This document shows, piece by piece, positions 29,414 through 38,646 of a stretch of 38,646 nt of DNA. Source of the DNA: Gammaproteobacteria bacterium RIFCSPLOWO2_02_FULL_61_13 (lineage in GTDB: Bacteria > Pseudomonadota > Gammaproteobacteria > Eutrophobiales > Eutrophobiaceae). The notes below the pieces were generated by a model. That model made no database searches. It worked only from the letters and a program-made list of their open reading frames with translations, and had not been told where the DNA came from. Positions within the stretch are counted from its first letter, which is position 1. Every line of letters begins with the position of its first letter. Location of the stretch: positions 10,798 to 49,443 of the forward strand of contig MGYT01000166.1 of the NCBI GenBank assembly GCA_001801865.1, given 5' to 3'. The position numbers and the translations under genes are program-made.

Positions 29414-30514
29414 ATGAAACTAACTATTTTAAGAGAAGACATTCTTCCCGCCCTGCAAATTGTTAATGGTGTAGTGGAGCGTCGTCAGACCTTACCCATA
29501 CTTTCGAATCTATTACTTAAAGTTGGACCAAAGTTGCTGACACTGACTGCCACGGATATGGAAGTGGAGTTGGTGGTGAGTTTGGATCGGGCCTCGCGCA
29601 GCGCTGGGGAGACAACGATCCCAGCTCGTAAACTTTTGGATATCTGCCGCTCATTGCCGGATAAATCCGAGTTGACGCTGGACCTGGAAGGGGATCGGGC
29701 GTCAATGACAGCGGGTAAAAATCGCTTCACCTTGGCGACGCTTCCTGCTGCAGAGTACCCATTGATCGAGATTGGCGAAAAGGTGGCTGAGGTTTCACTA
29801 CCACAGAAGCCGCTGAAAAGCCTTTTGGAACGTACCGCCTTTGCCATGGCGCAGCAGGATGTCCGCTATTACCTGAACGGGTTGTTACTGGAAATAGGCG
29901 GGGGCAAGGTACGGGCCGTAGCTACGGATGGGCACCGTTTGGCCCTGTGTGATGAACAGGTTGAAACTGCGAAAGGGGACCCGGTTCAAATTATTGTCCC
30001 GCGAAAAGGTGTGCTGGAATTGATTCGCCTATTGGATGAGAAAGGTGAAAACGCGGTGGTGCAAGTTAGCCGGAATCATATTCGGGTTGAGTTAGGGGGG
30101 TTGCAATTTACGAGTAAATTAATTGATGGAAAATTCCCCGATTACACGAAGGTTATTCCGATGGAGAGTCAGACACCCGTGATCGGTGACCGGGAGGAAC
30201 TGCGGCAGGGGTTTATTCGTGCCTCAATCCTTTCTAATGAAAAGTACCGTGGGGTCCGTGTGACTTTGGAGAAGAACCGACTTCGGGCGCTGGCTCACAA
30301 CCCTGAGCAGGAAGAGGCTGAAGTGGATGTGGAAGTAGACTATGCAGGCGGGAATGTAGAGATTGGTTTTAACGTTTCCTACCTGCTGGATGCCCTGGCA
30401 ATTATAAAAACCGAGAAAGTCAGAATGACCATTACTGACCCAGGCGCCAGTGCTTTGATAACGCCGGAGGGAAATGCCAGTTGTCGGTATGTCGTCATGC
30501 CTATGCGGCTGTAA
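29414..30514 (+). CDS. dnaN: DNA polymerase III beta sliding clamp
   Basis: RQTLPILSN, QDVRYYLNG, VATDGHRL, SKLIDGKFPDY, YVVMPMRL. Confidence 0.99.
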   Translation: MKLTILREDILPALQIVNGVVERRQTLPILSNLLLKVGPKLLTLTATDMEVELVVSLDRASRSAGETTIPARKLLDICRSLPDKSELTLDLEGDRASMTAGKNRFTLATLPAAEYPLIEIGEKVAEVSLPQKPLKSLLERTAFAMAQQDVRYYLNGLLLEIGGGKVRAVATDGHRLALCDEQVETAKGDPVQIIVPRKGVLELIRLLDEKGENAVVQVSRNHIRVELGGLQFTSKLIDGKFPDYTKVIPMESQTPVIGDREELRQGFIRASILSNEKYRGVRVTLEKNRLRALAHNPEQEEAEVDVEVDYAGGNVEIGFNVSYLLDALAIIKTEKVRMTITDPGASALITPEGNASCRYVVMPMRL

Positions 30515-30556
30515 CGCATAAGTTGCAACTCACGCCGTATTCGCCGTCAGGAAGAG

Positions 30557-34067
<3,511 letters not shown>

Positions 34068-34081
34068 GCAGCCTGTTCGCG

Positions 34082-34756
34082 TCAACGCGGGCGTAAAGCC
34101 TTTGGTGTTCGCGCAACCACCCATACCTGGATCTCATTCGCGCCCGACCGAAGCAAGACCTTCGCCATCTCCTTTGCCGTGGCTCCGGTGGTGAGGATGT
34201 CGTCCACGATGGCGACTCGGCCGGTGACGACATCCCGCCCTGCAGCCGCAAAAGCGCCGTGTACATTCTTTCGTCGTTGGTTCGCAGTCAATCCCACCTG
34301 TTGTGGATGCGAACCAACCCGAACGATCTTGTCGGTGAGTACCGGAATGTCCAGTTCACGCCCTATCCCACGTGCCAGCTCCACTGCCTGATTGAATCCT
34401 CGATCCGCCAGGCGGTGGGGATGCGCGGGTACCGGAACCAATGCCTCCGGAAGGGGGGTGCCCGAAGCCAGTCCGCGCCGCACCATCTCTCTGGCCAGAA
34501 ATGCTCCCCAAAAAACCGATCCGAAATATTTGAACTCGTGAATTACTTTATCGATGGGGTAGGCGAAGGTATATGGAACCACGAGGCACTCCCAGCATGG
34601 GGGCCTGACCTGGCAGGCAACACACACTGGAGACGGTGACGGCAGGCCACAACGGTTGCAGGCCGTGGCAAGACGCGGCAGGTCGCGGTCGCACCCACGG
34701 CAAATCAGGTCTGCGCAGCTGGCGCCGCATAATGCGCAGGGAAATTCCCGGTACAT
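34082..34756 (-). CDS. comF: ComF family protein (double zinc ribbon + PRTase)
   Basis: Four CxxC pairs, RGFNQA, R..NV.GAF, VDDILTTGAT; AGGAG RBS before ATG 34756. Confidence 0.9.
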   Translation of the reverse strand: MYREFPCALCGASCADLICRGCDRDLPRLATACNRCGLPSPSPVCVACQVRPPCWECLVVPYTFAYPIDKVIHEFKYFGSVFWGAFLAREMVRRGLASGTPLPEALVPVPAHPHRLADRGFNQAVELARGIGRELDIPVLTDKIVRVGSHPQQVGLTANQRRKNVHGAFAAAGRDVVTGRVAIVDDILTTGATAKEMAKVLLRSGANEIQVWVVARTPKALRPR

Positions 34757-34786
34757 CCTTGTCTCCTGTCGTCGCGTCCCAGCAGC

Positions 34787-34840
34787 GGTTAACCTGACCC
34801 GCAACCAGAAGTTGACACCGGGCCTCGGGTTTCCAATCAT
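34787..34840 (+). promoter_or_regulatory. BirA-type operator overlapping bioB sigma-70 promoter
   Basis: GGTTAACC-N15-AGTTGACA (34787-34817); TTGACA-N17-AATCAT. Confidence 0.6.
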
Positions 34841-34878
34841 GGTGCCAGATTTACGCCCCTGGAGAGGAGGAGCAATCC

Positions 34879-35859
34879 ATGCATAACCCGGATGTTTGTG
34901 AATCCGATCCGCCCGTCTCGACTCACCCGCACTGGCAGGTGGCGGCGGTGGAAGCACTCTACCATCAACCGTTCCACGACTTGATTCACCAGGCACAGCA
35001 GGTCCATCGCCGCCACTTCGATCCAAACGAAGTCCAGCTGAGTACGCTGATGAACATCAAAAGCGGCGGCTGCCCCGAGGACTGTGCGTATTGTCCCCAG
35101 AGCGCACGCCATTCGTCTCCAGTCGTGTCGGAGCACATGGTTTCCGTGGCTGAGGTTCAGGCGGCAGCGCAGGCGGCAAAGGCTGCCGGTGCGACCCGGT
35201 TCTGCATGGGGGCTGCGTGGCGCAGCCCGCGCGGTAAAGATTTTGAACGCGCCATCGAGATGGTTCAGGCGGTGCGCGAACTGGGAATGGAATCCTGCGC
35301 CACGCTTGGCATGCTTACCGACGCGCAGGCACAGGAGCTCGCAGACGCCGGTCTGGACTATTACAACCACAACCTGGATACCTCGGCGGAGTTCTACGCC
35401 CGGATCATCTCCACTCGTACTTATGCGGACCGTCTGGAAACGCTGGGGCACGTGCGCAATGCCGGTATCAAGGTCTGTTGTGGCGGCATTATTGGGATGG
35501 GGGAGTCAGTGCGCGATCGCTGCACATTGCTGGCGACACTGACACATCTCCCCCAACCCCCGGAAAGCGTCCCGATCAACATGCTGGTGCGTGCCCCGGG
35601 TACGCCGCTGGAACATGCCGAAGAACTGGATCCGCTGGATATGGTTCGCACAATCGCCGTAGCGCGTATCCTGATGCCCGCGTCCCGCGTGCGCCTGTCT
35701 GCCGGACGCAGTGCTATGGATGACGCGCTCCAGGCGTTGTGTTTTCACGCCGGAGCCAATTCCATTTTCTATGGCGACCGTCTTTTGACCACCGAAAATC
35801 CGGGCGTGCAGCAGGACCTGCGGTTGCTTGATCGTCTCGGTATGGTCGCCTCTCGATAG
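34879..35859 (+). CDS. bioB: Biotin synthase
   Basis: CPEDCAYC radical SAM motif, YNHNLDT, ESVPIN, VRLSAGR; strong GGAGGAG RBS. Confidence 0.98.
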   Translation: MHNPDVCESDPPVSTHPHWQVAAVEALYHQPFHDLIHQAQQVHRRHFDPNEVQLSTLMNIKSGGCPEDCAYCPQSARHSSPVVSEHMVSVAEVQAAAQAAKAAGATRFCMGAAWRSPRGKDFERAIEMVQAVRELGMESCATLGMLTDAQAQELADAGLDYYNHNLDTSAEFYARIISTRTYADRLETLGHVRNAGIKVCCGGIIGMGESVRDRCTLLATLTHLPQPPESVPINMLVRAPGTPLEHAEELDPLDMVRTIAVARILMPASRVRLSAGRSAMDDALQALCFHAGANSIFYGDRLLTTENPGVQQDLRLLDRLGMVASR

Positions 35860-35871
35860 CGGGAACCCGGC

Positions 35872-37074
35872 TTGGGCGCGATCGATCTGTCTCCGTTGCT
35901 TGAGAAATCGTTTCGGTTCCGCGCCGCCCAGTCCGAGTTGCAGACCAAATCCCTGCTGCGTGAACGCCTCGCCGTCAAGGGCCGGCAGGGGCGATGCGTG
36001 CACATTGGCTCGGAAACGTTGCTGAATTTTTGCAGCAATGACTATCTCGGTCTCGCCGCCGATCCCCGGCTTGTACGCGCGCTCAAGACCGGCGTGGACA
36101 TTTACGGCGTCGGTGCCGGGGCGTCGGCACTGGTGTGTGGTCGCAGCCGTGCGCATGACGAGTTGGAACGCGCGGTGGCGGAATTCACAGGCCGGGATCG
36201 GGCACTCCTGTTTTGCTCCGGCTATATGGCGAATCTGGCCCTGGGGGTCAGCGGACTGGTGGGCACCCGGGACCTGGTAATAGAAGATCGACTCAACCAC
36301 GCTTCGTTGATAGATGCCGCCCGTATCTCCGGCGCGCGCCTGCGTCGCTATCCTCACTGCGACCATGCCACTGCGGCAAAATTGATTCGAACGGATACGA
36401 AACGGAAGTTAGTCCTTACTGACGGTGTATTCAGCATGGACGGTGACATTGCTCCCGTAGCCGAACTGGCCCAAGCGTGTGATGAATCAGGGGCGTTGCT
36501 GGCAGTGGACGATGCCCACGGCCTGGGTGTGTTGGGAAATACCGGGGGCGGCGTGCTGGAGGTCGCCGGCATGGATCAATACCGGGTCCCTTTACTGGTG
36601 GGTACGTTCGGAAAGGCCGTGGGCACGGCCGGTGCCTTCATTGCCGGCCCGGACGATATCATCGAATTTCTGTGTCAGCGGGCCCGCACTTATATGTATT
36701 CAACGGCGCCACCGCCGGCATTGGCCCATGCAACCCGCCATGCACTTGAAATCATCGCGGCAGAGCCCGAGCGTCGTACCGCGCTGGCAAATCTGATCAA
36801 TTATTTTCACGACGGCGCAGCTGAGCTCGGTCTGCCAGTGCCGGAGTCGGACACGCCCATTCAACCGCTGATACTCGGCAGACCGAGTCAGGCGGTTAAT
36901 GTGAGCGCCAGACTGCGGGCCGCGGGAATATTGGTGACACCGATTCGGCCGCCCACGGTGCCGGCGGCAACATCGCGTCTGCGCATCACGATTACGGCCG
37001 CCCACACCCGCGAAGATTTGGATCATCTCCTGCAACAACTTGCGCGTCTGTTAAAACCGGGACAACGCATATGA
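35872..37074 (+). CDS. bioF: 8-amino-7-oxononanoate synthase
   Basis: NFCSNDYLGL, NHASLID, FSMDGD, DDAHG, GTFGKA, IRPPTVP; start codon uncertain. Confidence 0.96.
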   Translation: MGAIDLSPLLEKSFRFRAAQSELQTKSLLRERLAVKGRQGRCVHIGSETLLNFCSNDYLGLAADPRLVRALKTGVDIYGVGAGASALVCGRSRAHDELERAVAEFTGRDRALLFCSGYMANLALGVSGLVGTRDLVIEDRLNHASLIDAARISGARLRRYPHCDHATAAKLIRTDTKRKLVLTDGVFSMDGDIAPVAELAQACDESGALLAVDDAHGLGVLGNTGGGVLEVAGMDQYRVPLLVGTFGKAVGTAGAFIAGPDDIIEFLCQRARTYMYSTAPPPALAHATRHALEIIAAEPERRTALANLINYFHDGAAELGLPVPESDTPIQPLILGRPSQAVNVSARLRAAGILVTPIRPPTVPAATSRLRITITAAHTREDLDHLLQQLARLLKPGQRI

Positions 37075-37949
37075 ATGATGGTAGTGCCGCGCTGTTCCAC
37101 AAGGATAAGCGTCGTATTGCGCGGAACTTTTCCAGGGCTGCGTCGGGTTATGACGGATTGGCGCAATTTCAGCAAACGGTCGGCGCACGACTCATCGAAA
37201 GCCTGCCGGTCATGAGAGTCCGGCCGACGGTATTTGCGGATCTCGGCAGCGGCACCGGCAGACTCGCGCAGGCCCTGCGGGGACTGTACCCCGGCAGCAC
37301 CGGCATCCAGATCGACCTCGCCGAGGAAATGCTCCGACAAGCCCGGCCGCGCTGGCCGTGGCGACGCATGCACAGCCACTGGATCTGCGCCGACGCGGAA
37401 TTTCTGCCCCTCAAGGATGCCAGCCTGGATCTCGTGGCATCAAATCTGATGTTGCAGTGGTGCAATGAACCGGGACGAGTGCTCGAGGAGGCCTTTCGGG
37501 CCTTGCGTCCCGGTGGGCTGTTATTACTGTCGACCCTTGGGCCCGGGACCCTGGAGGAATTGCGCGCAAGCTGGCGCGAGGTGGACGCCGGCGTTCACGT
37601 CAACGCCTTCCTGGACATTCACAACCTGGGCACGGCGCTGGTAAACATGGGATTCTCGGGCCCGGTGCTGGAGACAGAAAAATTTACACTGACTTACATG
37701 GATGGGATGGCTTTGATGCGCGATCTGAAACGTCTCGGCACAGGCAACACAAACTCCGGCCGGACCCGTGCTCTGACCGGCAAGGGCCGACTGAACGGAA
37801 TGTTGCAAAACTATGAGCGCTACCGGGAAGGCGGAAAATTACCGGCCACCTACGAAGTTATTTATGCCCATGCCTGGCGTGCAGAAGAAAAAATTGCGCG
37901 CCCACGTGGAACAATAACCATTCCGGTTTCCTCCATTCGTCGCAACTGA
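37071..37949 (+). CDS. bioC: Malonyl-ACP O-methyltransferase
   Basis: FSRAA..YD..A..Q, DLGSGTG, SNLMLQW, GPGTLEEL..SW, HVN.F, PATYEV. Confidence 0.95.
   Translation: MNDGSAALFHKDKRRIARNFSRAASGYDGLAQFQQTVGARLIESLPVMRVRPTVFADLGSGTGRLAQALRGLYPGSTGIQIDLAEEMLRQARPRWPWRRMHSHWICADAEFLPLKDASLDLVASNLMLQWCNEPGRVLEEAFRALRPGGLLLLSTLGPGTLEELRASWREVDAGVHVNAFLDIHNLGTALVNMGFSGPVLETEKFTLTYMDGMALMRDLKRLGTGNTNSGRTRALTGKGRLNGMLQNYERYREGGKLPATYEVIYAHAWRAEEKIARPRGTITIPVSSIRRN
37898..37913. other. Degenerate parS-like site in bioC 3' end
   Basis: GCGC-CCACGTGGAACA; 12 of 16 identical to the recF site, with one arm perfect. Confidence 0.4.
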
Positions 37950-37951
37950 AC

Positions 37952-38641
37952 ATGCCCGCGCGCCTGGATTGTTTTGTCACCGGGACTGATACCGGGGTTG
38001 GAAAGACCTGGGTCAGCGCGGGCCTGATGCGATGCTTTTCTGCGGCCGGTCTCCTGGTCGCGGGCATGAAACCCGTTGCCAGCGGCAGTCGCCGCACTCG
38101 CGCCGGACTGCGCAATGAGGATGCAGAAAACCTGCAGGTCCTGGCGTCGGTAGCGCCACCTTATAATCTTGTGAACCCGGTGCCGCTACCTGATGCGGTG
38201 GCACCACATATCGCTGCGGCGCGAGCAGGCGTGCGCATTGATCTGGCGGCGATTCGGGCTGCGTACCTGCAATTGTGCCAGCAGGCAAATGTCGTGATCG
38301 TAGAGGGTATCGGCGGCTGGCGCGTACCGCTGTCCGAAGTCGGCACCACGGCCGATCTGGTCCGGGCACTGGAGATACCGGTTTTGCTGGTGGTGGGACT
38401 ACGGTTGGGGTGTATCAATCACGCCTTGCTGAGCGTGGAATCCATCGCCGCGGATGGAATATCACTGGCGGGATGGGTCGCCAACCATGTGGACCCGGGG
38501 TATGGTGAAGCCAATGAAGTGATCAATTACCTGAGTGAGCATATCGGCGCACCGTTAATCGGCACTGTGCCGAACCTGGCTGAATTTCAGCCGGATCGCG
38601 TGGCCGAAGCACTGGCCGTCGAATTGCTGGCGTTTGGATAG
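37952..38641 (+). CDS. bioD: Dethiobiotin synthase
   Basis: FVTGTDTGVGKT, MKPVASG, VEGIGG, LGCINHALL. Confidence 0.97.
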   Translation: MPARLDCFVTGTDTGVGKTWVSAGLMRCFSAAGLLVAGMKPVASGSRRTRAGLRNEDAENLQVLASVAPPYNLVNPVPLPDAVAPHIAAARAGVRIDLAAIRAAYLQLCQQANVVIVEGIGGWRVPLSEVGTTADLVRALEIPVLLVVGLRLGCINHALLSVESIAADGISLAGWVANHVDPGYGEANEVINYLSEHIGAPLIGTVPNLAEFQPDRVAEALAVELLAFG

Positions 38642-38646
38642 TGGCT

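Noticed and set aside
34757-35026. Long N-terminal extension of comF in the ORF track (similar upstream extensions for hpf, EIIA, tatA, ilvE, yidC, rpmH)
   Set aside because: Overlaps neighbouring genes or promoters; downstream starts match family N-termini and often have an RBS

Overview
A gene-dense, GC-rich gammaproteobacterial chromosome segment that spans the replication origin. In order it carries: a 5'-truncated rpoN operon with a regulatory PTS (hpf, rapZ, EIIA-Man, HPr, EI; no ptsN or hprK); DUF2782 and a LOG-family gene; polA; hisAFIE-tatABC; a membrane-anchored C13 (legumain/GPI-transamidase clan) peptidase with a rhodanese; ilvE and a zf-CHCC protein; an 8-gene surface-glycan/LPS block (ELM1/GtrOC1-like, 2 GT4, 2 GT9, GT2, O-antigen-ligase-like, and an atypical sulfotransferase); mnmE-yidC-yidD-rnpA-rpmH; dnaA-[oriC]-dnaN-recF-gyrB; comF; and bioBFCD (no bioH). 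Non-coding signals read directly from the sequence are a compact oriC between dnaA and dnaN, two parS sites inside recF plus a degenerate one in bioC, a DnaA box over the putative dnaA promoter, and a BirA-type operator. I found no RNA genes, mobile elements or CRISPR arrays. The window is mostly core genome. The best candidates for undescribed biology are the glycan block with its motif-altered sulfotransferase and the C13 peptidase/rhodanese pair. All family calls come from motif recognition by eye, with no database searches.
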